From an uncultured delta proteobacterium (lineage in GTDB: Bacteria > Myxococcota > Myxococcia > Myxococcales > Anaeromyxobacteraceae), in assembly GCA_963845515.1 (NCBI GenBank), contig CAWJSR010000002.1, forward strand, positions 64,001-128,000: a stretch of DNA of 64,000 nucleotides. Direction: 5' to 3'. Positions 1 through 11,280 of this stretch are shown here, in pieces. A program made the translations under genes and the position numbers. Every line of letters begins with the position of its first letter. Position 1 is the stretch's first letter. The notes beneath the pieces are model-generated. The model did not search any database and was not told the DNA's origin. It worked only from the letters and a program-made list of their open reading frames with translations.

Positions 1-766
1 GGCCGATCGAGCGGAGCCAGACCGCGCGCGACGCGACGGCGAAGAGGAGCGCGACGCCGATCGCCTCCGCCAGGAGGCGCCCATCCAGCTTCCCGAGCAG
101 CGCCAGCGCCGGGTAGGTGGTCATGAGCGCCAGCGGGATCACGAACGTGAAGAGGATGCGCAGCACGCCACGGAAGACCGAGACCGGCCAGCGCGCCGCG
201 TCGTAGATCGACGCGAAGAGGAACGAGAGGTTGTCGACCTTCACGACGAAGAACGCGGCGCTCACCACCAGGATCCAGAGCGAGTAGAGGACGAGCGTGG
301 CGCACGCGAACAGGACCAGCGCCAGCCCCACGTCGGCGGGGGACGGGAGCCGCCCCATCCGGTGGAAGGCGACCGCGAAGACGGCGAGCCCGCCGAGGAC
401 GTCCGCGGCGCGCCAGGGGGCGAAGCGGCTCGTCGAGACGAGGAACTGGGCGTCGGCGGGCTTCAGCAGGATGAAGTCGAGCGTCCCCTTCCGGATCGCG
501 TCGACGACCGACGAGAGCGACGGGTTGACCGCGCCTTCCAGCACGCCCTTCATCAGGGTGAACCAGCCGACGACCACCAGCGCCTCCTCGAAGGTCCAGC
601 CGGCGATCGCGCCGCGCCCACGGAAGACGACGAGGATCGGGACGATCGACCAGGTGGTCCAGAAGAGGGCGAGGACCCCGCCCACCAGGAACTCGACGCG
701 GTACTGCATCGCCGCGACGGTGGAGGCCCGGAGCTGGACGCCGAGGAGCCGCAGGTAACGGAGCAC
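1..766 (-). CDS. ABC-2 family transporter permease (DUF990-like), runs off left edge
   Basis: Hand translation from GTG at 766: VLRYLRLLGVQLRASTVAAMQYRVEF; hydrophobic; later GTLDFILLKPADAQF and ARWPVSVF; tandem with the next permease. Confidence 0.8.
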   Translation of the reverse strand, partial: MLRYLRLLGVQLRASTVAAMQYRVEFLVGGVLALFWTTWSIVPILVVFRGRGAIAGWTFEEALVVVGWFTLMKGVLEGAVNPSLSSVVDAIRKGTLDFILLKPADAQFLVSTSRFAPWRAADVLGGLAVFAVAFHRMGRLPSPADVGLALVLFACATLVLYSLWILVVSAAFFVVKVDNLSFLFASIYDAARWPVSVFRGVLRILFTFVIPLALMTTYPALALLGKLDGRLLAEAIGVALLFAVASRAVWLRSIG

Positions 767-771
767 GGACG

Positions 772-1569
772 CTAGCCTCCGACCGACGAGAAGCGGCGCA
801 CGCCCGCGCGCCAGGTGATCCGGGTCCCGGCGAGCAGGACCGCGATGAAGGCCAGCTGGGCCAGGAGGTCGCGCAGCACCTCGGGGCGGGTGAGCGTCCC
901 CGTCACCAGCTCGACCGGGAAGGCGAGCGTGTAGCGGAACGGCAGCCAGCGGGCCAGCGCCCCCACCCACGGCGGGTAGAGCTCCAGCGGCACCAGGTAG
1001 CCGGCGAAGATCCCGAAGAGCCCGAGCCAGATCTCGAAGAGCGAGGTGGCCGACTCGAACCAGAAGGCGAGCGAGCCGATGATCGACATGGCGAGGAAGG
1101 TGATCACCCAGGCGCCCAGGATGGTCACCGGGAAGAGGGCGAGCAGGAGCGGGTCGCGCGTCACGCCCTCGCCGGCCGCCGTGAGGAGCAGCAGCAGCGC
1201 GACCGGCAGGACCACCAGGAGCCGAACGGGGAGCGCCGCCACGTTCTGGCACGCGTAGCCGAGCAGGGGGTGGATCGGGCGCAGGAGCTTGAAGGCGAGC
1301 GTCCCCTGCCTGATCTCGGCGTTCAGCTCCCAGACCACCCAGGCGCCCGTGAGCATCCTGACGACGAGCGTCGCGAGGTAGTAGGCGACGAACTCGCGCT
1401 GGCCGAACCGGCCGACCGGCGCCTCGCGCGCCACCGCCGACCAGAGGGCCAGCATGACGAGCGGCATGTTGGTGGAGAGCAGCCAGACCAGGAACTCGGC
1501 GCGATAGGCGACCGCCTCGGCGAAGCCGACCTTGAGGAGCGTGGGCAGGGCTCGAAGGATCCGTGACAT
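772..1569 (-). CDS. ABC-2 family transporter permease (DUF990-like)
   Basis: AYRAEF, EIRQGTLAFKLLRP and GYLVPLELYP motifs; multiple TM segments. Confidence 0.85.
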   Translation of the reverse strand: MSRILRALPTLLKVGFAEAVAYRAEFLVWLLSTNMPLVMLALWSAVAREAPVGRFGQREFVAYYLATLVVRMLTGAWVVWELNAEIRQGTLAFKLLRPIHPLLGYACQNVAALPVRLLVVLPVALLLLLTAAGEGVTRDPLLLALFPVTILGAWVITFLAMSIIGSLAFWFESATSLFEIWLGLFGIFAGYLVPLELYPPWVGALARWLPFRYTLAFPVELVTGTLTRPEVLRDLLAQLAFIAVLLAGTRITWRAGVRRFSSVGG

Positions 1570-1639
1570 CTCCCGGCAAGGTAGTCGATCTTGGTGGAGC
1601 CCTCATGGAACAATGCGGGCCGGACGAGGATCCGCCTCC

Positions 1640-3304
1640 ATGCCGGACCGCGACTTACCCGACAGCGCAGCCCCCGCGGGGGAGAGAGCACTCGAAGCGC
1701 TCCGCGCCGCTGTGGAGGGGACCGCGCGCGCGTCCGGCGAGGCGCTCTTCCCCGCCCTCTGCCAGGCGCTGTGCGACGCCCTCGCCGTCCCGCACGCGCT
1801 GGTGAGCGAGGTGCACGCGGAGGGGCGCCGCGTCCAGGTGCTCGCTGCCTGCTGGGACGGGGCTCACGCCGAGCCGTTCGCGTACTCGCTCCGCGGCACC
1901 CCGTGCGGCGTCGCCTTCGAGCGCGGCGAGACGACCTTCTTCCCGACCGGAGTGGCGGCCCGCTTCCCGGAGGACCTGGCGCTCGCGCGCCGGGGGATCG
2001 ACGCCTACCTGGGCACGCCGCTCTTCGACTCGGGCGGGCAGAAGATCGGGGTGCTCTGCGTCATGAGCGCCGGGCCGATGGACCTCTCCCGCGGACCGCG
2101 GGCGATCCTGGAGATCTTCGCCGCGCGCGCGGCCAGCGAGATCGAGCGGCTCCGGCTCCAGGGGCAGCTGATGCGCTCGCAGCGGCTGGAGGGGATGGGG
2201 AGGCTCGCCGCGGGCGTCGCCCACGACTTCAACAACCTCCTCACCGTCATCCTCTCCAACGCGGAGTTCGCCTACGCCGCGCTGCCTGCCGGCAGCCCGG
2301 TGCGCGACTTCATCGCGCCCATCCACGACGCGTCGCACCGCGCGACCGGGCTGACGCGCCAGCTCCTCGCCTTCTCGCGACGCCAGCCGATGGCTCCCGA
2401 AGTCGTGGTGCTTCACACGGAGCTCGACGGCGTCCTGAGGCTGCTGGAGCGGCTGCTGGGGAGCCGGGTCGTGCTTGAGCGGCGGCTCGACGAGACGTGG
2501 CCGATCCGGATCGACCCCGGCCAGCTCGAGCAGGTGCTCGTCAACCTCGCCGTGAACGCGCGGGACGCGATGCCAGCGGGCGGCAGGGTGACGATCCGGA
2601 CGAAGGACGAGCAGGTCGACCGGGCGCGCGCAGCGCAGCTGGCGATCGCGCCTGGAGACTGGGTCCACGTCGCCGTCTCCGATCAGGGGATGGGGATGGA
2701 CGACGAGACCCGCGCCCGCTGCTTCGAGCCCTTCTTCTCGACCAAGGGGGACCGCGGGACGGGGCTCGGGCTCGCCACCTGCCACGGCATCGTCCGGCAG
2801 GCCGGCGGCCAGATCTGGGTGGAGAGCACGCCGGGCGCGGGGACGACCTTCCACTTGCTCCTGCCGCGCCACCTCGGCCCGGCGCCGGCCGCGCGGCGTC
2901 CTGCGCCCAGCCGCGTCGAGGCCGCAGGGGGACGCGGGGAGACGGTCCTCGTCGCGGACGACGACCTGACGGTGCAGGAGGTCGCGCGCCGGGCGCTGGA
3001 GCAGTCGGGCTACCGCGTGCTCGCGGCCCGGACCGGCGCCGACGCGCTGCGGGTCGCCGGGGAGCACGAGGGCAAGATCCACGCGCTGGTCACCGACCTG
3101 GCGATGCCCGGCATGAGCGGGCCGGAGCTCTCGGCTCAGGCGCGCGTGGACCGGCCTGACCTCAAGGTGCTCTTCGTCTCGGGCTTCGCCGACGAGGCGA
3201 CGCTGCGGGGGCTGGAGAAGGCCGGCGACCCGATCCTGATGAAGCCGTACACCCCGGGCGAGCTGGCCGGACGGATGAGGGAGCTGCTCGGGCAGGCGCC
3301 CTAG
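1640..3304 (+). CDS. GAF-domain hybrid sensor histidine kinase/response regulator
   Basis: H-box AHDFNNLL, NLAVNARDAM, GTGLGL, C-terminal REC (DLAMPGMSG); ATG at 1640 after GAGGA. Confidence 0.9.
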   Translation: MPDRDLPDSAAPAGERALEALRAAVEGTARASGEALFPALCQALCDALAVPHALVSEVHAEGRRVQVLAACWDGAHAEPFAYSLRGTPCGVAFERGETTFFPTGVAARFPEDLALARRGIDAYLGTPLFDSGGQKIGVLCVMSAGPMDLSRGPRAILEIFAARAASEIERLRLQGQLMRSQRLEGMGRLAAGVAHDFNNLLTVILSNAEFAYAALPAGSPVRDFIAPIHDASHRATGLTRQLLAFSRRQPMAPEVVVLHTELDGVLRLLERLLGSRVVLERRLDETWPIRIDPGQLEQVLVNLAVNARDAMPAGGRVTIRTKDEQVDRARAAQLAIAPGDWVHVAVSDQGMGMDDETRARCFEPFFSTKGDRGTGLGLATCHGIVRQAGGQIWVESTPGAGTTFHLLLPRHLGPAPAARRPAPSRVEAAGGRGETVLVADDDLTVQEVARRALEQSGYRVLAARTGADALRVAGEHEGKIHALVTDLAMPGMSGPELSAQARVDRPDLKVLFVSGFADEATLRGLEKAGDPILMKPYTPGELAGRMRELLGQAP

Positions 3305-3353
3305 GCCGCCCGCCGCGACGAGAGGAGCGCCACGCTTCCGGTCGCTCGACCTG

Positions 3354-4352
3354 TCACATCTCCGGCTTGGTCTCCCGCAGCATCAGCTCCGTGACCGCGT
3401 CGCGCGGCGAGAGCCCCTCGTAGAGGATCCGGTAGACCGTCTCGGTGATCGGCATCTCGATCTCCAGCTTCTTCGCGAGGTCCCGCACGCTCTTCGCGTT
3501 GCGGACCCCCTCGGCCACCTGCCCCAGCTCCGCCTGGATCGCCTCGACCGTCTTGCCGGCTGCGAGCCCGCGCCCCACCGTCCGGTTTCGCGAGAGGTCG
3601 GAGGTGCAGGTGAGGACGAGGTCGCCGAGCCCGGAGAGGCCGGAGAGCGTGAGCGGGTTCGCCCCCTTGCGGACGGCGAGGCGGGAGATCTCGGCGAGGC
3701 CGCGGGTGATGAGCGCGGCGACCGAGTTGGCGCCGAAGCCGAGCCCGTCGGCGATGCCGGCGGAGATGGCGACGACGTTCTTCACGCAGCCGCCCACCTC
3801 GCAGCCCACGACGTCGCCGGAGGTGTACGGGCGGAACGTCTTCGTGTGGAAGGCCTGCTGGGCCTGGCGCGCGATCCGCTCCCAGTGGGCTGCGATCGTG
3901 ATCGCCGTGGGCAACCCCTTCGCGACCTCCTTTGCGAAGGACGGGCCGGAGAGGACGAGCAGGTATGGGTGCAGCGGGACGGGGAGGACGTCCTCGAGCA
4001 CCTCGCTCATGGTCATGAGCGACTCGAGCTCGATCCCCTTCGCGACGTTCACGATCGGCATGCCGGCGTGGACGTGGCGCTTCATCTCGATCGCCACCGG
4101 CCGCACGGCGTGCGACGGGACGGCGATGACCACCAGCTCCGCCCCCTCCAGCGCCTTGGCGATGTCGGCGTGGGCGTGGAACTTCGCGGGGAGGCTGACC
4201 CCCGGGAGGTAGCGCTCGTTCTGATGCCTCTTCGCGATGTCCTCCAGGACGGCGACGTCCTTGTCCCACGCAGTGACGGTGTAGCCCTTCCCTGCGAGGA
4301 GGGCGCCGAGTGCGGTTCCCCAGGAACCGGCTCCGAGAACGGTGCATCGCAT
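3354..4352 (-). CDS. gpsA: NAD(P)H-dependent glycerol-3-phosphate dehydrogenase
   Basis: [27 protein letters not shown]...SRN; ATG 4352 after GAGGTG. Confidence 0.95.
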   Translation of the reverse strand: MRCTVLGAGSWGTALGALLAGKGYTVTAWDKDVAVLEDIAKRHQNERYLPGVSLPAKFHAHADIAKALEGAELVVIAVPSHAVRPVAIEMKRHVHAGMPIVNVAKGIELESLMTMSEVLEDVLPVPLHPYLLVLSGPSFAKEVAKGLPTAITIAAHWERIARQAQQAFHTKTFRPYTSGDVVGCEVGGCVKNVVAISAGIADGLGFGANSVAALITRGLAEISRLAVRKGANPLTLSGLSGLGDLVLTCTSDLSRNRTVGRGLAAGKTVEAIQAELGQVAEGVRNAKSVRDLAKKLEIEMPITETVYRILYEGLSPRDAVTELMLRETKPEM

Positions 4353-4418
4353 GTGGTTCACCTCTTGGAGGCATCCTAGACGACGTGCCGCCTTTCCGAA
4401 ACAGCGGGCCCCACGGGC

Positions 4419-4446
4419 TTGCCAGGGCTGAACGCAGTCTTACGTT
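4419..4446 (+). promoter_or_regulatory. Possible sigma70-type promoter of clpB
   Basis: TTGCCA-16 nt-TACGTT, with the ATG 6 nt further on and no SD. Confidence 0.3.
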
Positions 4447-4452
4447 GCATTC

Positions 4453-7074
<2,622 letters not shown>

Positions 7075-7107
7075 CGGAGCTGAACGGCCGGGTGGATAGG
7101 TACGACG

Positions 7108-7148
7108 CCCCCTCACCCAGCCTCTCCCCCGCGGGGGCGGGGGAGAGG
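7108..7148. repeat. REP-like palindromic element
   Basis: CCCCCTCACCC...CCTCTCCCCCGC-GGGG-GCGGGGGAGAGG between convergent genes; same family at 28305, 34614 and 45872. Confidence 0.75.
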
Positions 7149-7175
7149 TGCATCCACAGGGGAGCCGCCGGGACG

Positions 7176-7670
7176 TCAGGCGTGCGCGGCGTGATGGCGC
7201 TGCCACGGCGGGCGCAGCCGGCTCTGTGGCTTGAAGAGCCGCTCCTCCAGCGCCAGCGGCCCGGCGCCGCCGATGAAGAGGGCGGCGAGCGCAGCCAGGT
7301 AGAGCAGGTTCAGCTCCACGCCTGCCATGCCGAACACCGGGGCGCCATCGGGGGTCGTGCCGGTGATCTGGATCGCGCCGAAGCCGTGCGCCAGGTGCAC
7401 GGTGAACATGGCGACGAGCATGTCGATGCCGAGGAGCACGGCAGCCTCGGCAGTGAAGAGGCCGATGATGAGCGCGACCCCGCCGAAGAACTCCACGAGG
7501 CCGACCACCCACGCCATCAGCGCCGGGAACGGAACGGCGATCTGAGCGAGCATGCTCACGAAGCCTTCGTGCCCCGCCGCGGTCAGCTTCGGAGCCCCGT
7601 GGACGATGAAGCCGATGCCTATCAGGATGCGAAGCGGAAGCGGCCACCAGACCTGCAGCTTGCCTTCCAT
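7176..7670 (-). CDS. DoxX family membrane protein
   Basis: LRILIG..FIVHGAPKL, EFFGG, GVELNLLY, GAGPLALE. Confidence 0.85.
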   Translation of the reverse strand: MEGKLQVWWPLPLRILIGIGFIVHGAPKLTAAGHEGFVSMLAQIAVPFPALMAWVVGLVEFFGGVALIIGLFTAEAAVLLGIDMLVAMFTVHLAHGFGAIQITGTTPDGAPVFGMAGVELNLLYLAALAALFIGGAGPLALEERLFKPQSRLRPPWQRHHAAHA

Positions 7671-7779
7671 GACTGACCTCCTGGCGGCACCCAGGGAGAA
7701 CGTGCCGCCACATCGGCGCAGATAATGCCGGCCCGATGCGCTGCAATTGACCCTCGGGGCCGGGCAAACGGCCTGTTGC

Positions 7780-8523
7780 TCAGGCCGCCGTCATCAGCTC
7801 GGCGATCAGCGCCACCATGCGGGCGTGGTGCGTCCCGGCCCAGAAGATGCGGCCGCACGAGCCGCAGCGGCGGAACTCCGTCTGGCGCTCACGCACCAAC
7901 GGTGGCACCCGATCGGCGACCTCCTCCCGCGGGACCGGCGAGATCAGGCCGTTGCAGGCGATGCAGCGCCGGAAGGGGACGACGGCCCGGCGGAGGTCGA
8001 GCCGGCGGACCACTTCGTCGAGCTGGCGGCGGGGCTCGATCGCCCGGACGCAGTAGCCGTGGGTCACCGCGCTGCGCTTCAGGAGGCCGCGATCGCGGGT
8101 CAGGAGGATCCTGTGCTCGGCGGCCGACACCGACGCGAGCTCCTCGTCGCCGGCCTCCGATCGCCATCGCGCATCGAACCCGAGCATCCGCAGGTACCGC
8201 GCCAGCCGTCCGAGGTGACCGTCGAGGACGAAGCGCGGCTCGCGCAGGGGGGAAGCGCGCACGCGCGTGAGCGGCGCCACGTCGATCGACTCGAAGACCG
8301 GATAGACGCTCACCCGCGCCCCGTCGCGGAGCCGCCAGGAGAAGGCGACCGACTCCCCGTCCGCGAGGACGAGATCGATCTCGGTGTGCGGGACGCCGAT
8401 GGCCTCGATGACGTCCTTCACGGCCGGCGTCCCGGTGAAGGCGTGGTCGAGGTCGCGTCCCCGGCGCTCCTCCGGGAGGAAGTCGTTCAGCTCCGCGTAA
8501 AACCTGAGGGACGCGCGCTTCAT
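7780..8523 (-). CDS. Mut7-C ubiquitin-like/RNase domain protein
   Basis: RFYAELNDFLP, GVPHTEIDL, FVLDGHLGRLARYLRMLGFD, CxxC..CxxC..FWAGTH. Confidence 0.9.
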   Translation of the reverse strand: MKRASLRFYAELNDFLPEERRGRDLDHAFTGTPAVKDVIEAIGVPHTEIDLVLADGESVAFSWRLRDGARVSVYPVFESIDVAPLTRVRASPLREPRFVLDGHLGRLARYLRMLGFDARWRSEAGDEELASVSAAEHRILLTRDRGLLKRSAVTHGYCVRAIEPRRQLDEVVRRLDLRRAVVPFRRCIACNGLISPVPREEVADRVPPLVRERQTEFRRCGSCGRIFWAGTHHARMVALIAELMTAA

Positions 8524-8559
8524 GAGGGCACCGCCTGAGGGTCGGCGTCTTCGATGGGC

Positions 8560-8964
8560 TCAGCTCCGGAGCTCGGACTCCGGCGGTCGGGCCCTGGTAT
8601 CCGGGGGCGGCAGCGGCGAGGAGTGGTGATGGACCATTCGCCAGGCGCCGTCCTCGCGCGTGAAGACGTTGGTGGCGACGAGCCGCGCCCCCTGGACCAG
8701 CTCGTGACAGGTGACGAAGGCGGTGTCGCCCACGACGTGGGCGGCCGCCACCGAGCAGTGCACCCTCGGCGAGGAGGCTGACTCCAGGATGGCCCGGAAG
8801 CTCCCGAGGACCTCGGCGAGCCCCTGGAGCGCGTCCCAGCCCGGGTGGATGCAGGCCACCGGCGCCCGGCGCGACCAGAGCGCGTCCATGGCGCCTACGT
8901 CACGAGCCGTGAAGGCCCTGTAGAAGGCCTCGTTAGCCTCCAGGACCTCGATCTCGTGGCTCAT
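8560..8964 (-). CDS. NTF2/SnoaL-like protein
   Basis: ANEAFYRAF, CIHPGW, ATNVF..WRMVHHHSS. Confidence 0.85.
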   Translation of the reverse strand: MSHEIEVLEANEAFYRAFTARDVGAMDALWSRRAPVACIHPGWDALQGLAEVLGSFRAILESASSPRVHCSVAAAHVVGDTAFVTCHELVQGARLVATNVFTREDGAWRMVHHHSSPLPPPDTRARPPESELRS

Positions 8965-9008
8965 GTTGCGGTCATAACGGCAGGACCACGGCCGCGCCGC
9001 CGAGCGGA

Positions 9009-9200
9009 CTACCCCTGCTTCATCGGGCAGGTGCTGAGGCCGAGGAGCCGGTAGACCGGGCAGAACCCGACGGCCCCGGTCAGGAGTGGCACCAGGCCGA
9101 GGTACCCGAGCGGGGTCTGTGGACCGATGAATGCGAGGGAAAGGATTGCGAGTCCGGCGACGACTCGGATGCCGCGATCGAGGGTACCTTCGTTGATCAT
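9009..9200 (-). CDS. DUF2892 (YgaP-like) small membrane protein
   Basis: MINEGTLDRGIR...GFCPVYRLLGLSTC; only the last 63 aa of ORF 9009..9890. Confidence 0.85.
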   Translation of the reverse strand: MINEGTLDRGIRVVAGLAILSLAFIGPQTPLGYLGLVPLLTGAVGFCPVYRLLGLSTCPMKQG

Positions 9201-9335
9201 TTGCGCTTCCTCCACTGTCGTGAGGAGTCGCGCCGCGGCGGAAGGGTTCCCGGATACCGGCTGCCTCCCCATCGGGGAAGTGGCGGCGCAGGATATATGA
9301 AGCTCGAGCCGGTGAGAGCCCGGCCGGAGGCCGCC

Positions 9336-9896
9336 ATGGTCCGCCCCAAGTGTGCCGTCTTCATCGCCACTAGCGTCGACGGCTTCATCGCCCTCCCGGA
9401 CGGCAGCATCAAGTGGCTCGACGCGGTCCAACTCGACGGCGAGGACTATGGCTTCGGCGCGTTCTTCGAGTCGGTAGACACGCTGGTGATGGGGCGCCTC
9501 ACCTGGGAGACCGTCCTGCGGTTCGACGAGTGGCCCTACAAGGGGAAGCGGGTGGTGGTGCTCACGCACCGGGCCGCCGAAGCGAGGCACGGCGAGGCCT
9601 TCAGGTCGGGCGAGCCCGCGACGATCCTCGCGCAGCTTCACGCCGAGGGGGCGCGGCGCGTCTACGTCGACGGCGGCGCCGTGATCTCCCAGTTCCTCCG
9701 CGAGGGGCTCGTCGACGAGCTGACGATCTCGATCGTCCCGATCGTGTTGGGCGACGGAATACGGCTGTTCCAGGGCGGCCTCGCGAGGCACGCGCTGAGG
9801 CTCTCCGGTAGCCACGCCTACCCGAGCGGACTCGTGCAACTTCGATACGCCCCGCTCCCTCACGGCACCAGCGCCGCACGGCCGGGGCACCGGTGA
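9336..9896 (+). CDS. Dihydrofolate reductase/RibD C-terminal family protein
   Basis: FIATSVDGFIA, MGR.TWE, VYVDGG, PIVLGDGIRLF; ATG after GGAGG. Confidence 0.88.
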   Translation: MVRPKCAVFIATSVDGFIALPDGSIKWLDAVQLDGEDYGFGAFFESVDTLVMGRLTWETVLRFDEWPYKGKRVVVLTHRAAEARHGEAFRSGEPATILAQLHAEGARRVYVDGGAVISQFLREGLVDELTISIVPIVLGDGIRLFQGGLARHALRLSGSHAYPSGLVQLRYAPLPHGTSAARPGHR

Positions 9897-10537
9897 CCGC
9901 GCGCCTGCCCGCCGGCCTCGCCGCCGGTCCCGACGGCCGCCCTCGCTGCGGCTGGGGCGTCTCCACGCCCGACTACCTCGCCTACCACGACGAGGAGTGG
10001 GGACGGCCGGTGACCGACGACCGCCGGCTCTTCGAGAAGCTCTCCCTCGAGGGCTTCCAGGCGGGCCTCTCCTGGCTGACGATCCTCCGCAAGCGGGAGC
10101 GGTTCAGGGAGGTCTTCCACGGCTTCGACTTCGAGCGGGTCGCCCGCCTCGGCGCGCGGGACGTGGCGCGGCTCCTGCGCGATCCCGGCATCGTCCGCCA
10201 CCGCGGAAAGATCGAGGCGACGATCGAGAACGCCCGCCGCGCCTGCGCGCTGGTCGACGAGGCGGGGACGCTCGCGGCCTTCCTCTGGCGCTTCGAGCCC
10301 GCCGCCTCCGAGCGGCCGCGCCGGGTCACCTGGTCCGCGGTGAAGGCGCTGGCGACGACGCCGGCGTCGATCGCGCTGTCGAAGGAGCTGAAGCGGCGCG
10401 GCTGGCGCTTCGTCGGCCCGACGACGGTCCAGGCCTTCATGCAGGCGATGGGGCTCGTGAACGACCACGTCGAGGGGTGTGCCGCGCGCCCGGAGTGCGC
10501 CGCGGCGCGACGGCGGCTGCGGCCGCCGGGTCAGTAG
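9893..10537 (+). CDS. tag: DNA-3-methyladenine glycosylase I
   Basis: RCGW, YHDEEWG, LEGFQAGLSW, GLVNDH...C. Confidence 0.93.
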   Translation: MTARLPAGLAAGPDGRPRCGWGVSTPDYLAYHDEEWGRPVTDDRRLFEKLSLEGFQAGLSWLTILRKRERFREVFHGFDFERVARLGARDVARLLRDPGIVRHRGKIEATIENARRACALVDEAGTLAAFLWRFEPAASERPRRVTWSAVKALATTPASIALSKELKRRGWRFVGPTTVQAFMQAMGLVNDHVEGCAARPECAAARRRLRPPGQ

Positions 10538-11268
10538 AAGACCTCCTCCATGCACAGCCCCTGGGGCGGCGCGGTCGGGCCCGCCTTCGTCCGGTCCCTA
10601 GACGCGAGCAGCTCGTCGATCGACGCCGGCGTCCGCTTCCCCTGCCCCACCTCGACGAGCGTGCCGACGAGGTTCCGGACCATGTGCTTGACGAAGGCGG
10701 TCGCCTCGACCACGAAGTCGATCCGCCCGCCCGTCTCGCCGACCACGTCGAGGCGGCGCAGGTCGCGGACGGCGTGCTCGCACTGGCAGTTGGAGGCCTG
10801 GAAGGCGGCGAAGTCGTGGCGGCCGATCAGCCGCGCCGCGCCGGCGCGCATCGCCGCCACGTCGAGCGGGCGGAAGTGCTGCCACGCGAGCTGCCGCGAG
10901 AGGGGCGCCCGGGTGGGTCCGTTCTCGAGCCTGTACCGGTAACGCTTCCCGCGCGCGCTCCGGCGCGCGTCGAAGCCGTCGGGCTCGATCCCGGCCTCGC
11001 GCACCGCGATGTCGGCGGGGAGGAGCGCGTTCATCCCCTTCCAGTAGGCCTCGGGCGGGAGCGGCCGCTCCTCGGCGAACGACACCACCTGGCCGAGCGC
11101 GTGGACCCCGGCGTCGGTGCGCCCCGCCGCGGTGACGCGCACGTGGGCCTTGCGGAGCGCTGCGAGCGCGCGCTCCACCTCCGCCTGGATCGACGGGCCG
11201 TTGGGCTGCGCCTGCCAGCCGACGTACCGCGTCCCGTCGTACTCGATGACGAGCCTGATGACCGGCAC
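10531..11268 (-). CDS. truA: tRNA pseudouridine(38-40) synthase
   Basis: EYDGTRYVGWQ, AGRTDAGVHA, HMVRNLVG, TAPPQGL. Confidence 0.95.
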   Translation of the reverse strand: MPVIRLVIEYDGTRYVGWQAQPNGPSIQAEVERALAALRKAHVRVTAAGRTDAGVHALGQVVSFAEERPLPPEAYWKGMNALLPADIAVREAGIEPDGFDARRSARGKRYRYRLENGPTRAPLSRQLAWQHFRPLDVAAMRAGAARLIGRHDFAAFQASNCQCEHAVRDLRRLDVVGETGGRIDFVVEATAFVKHMVRNLVGTLVEVGQGKRTPASIDELLASRDRTKAGPTAPPQGLCMEEVFY

Positions 11269-11280
11269 CGCGAGAAGCTA

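Noticed and set aside
7780..8523. Mut7-C ubiquitin-like domain as substrate for the island E1
   Set aside because: About 50 kb away in core context; its Ubl domain is N-terminal with no free C-terminal Gly.
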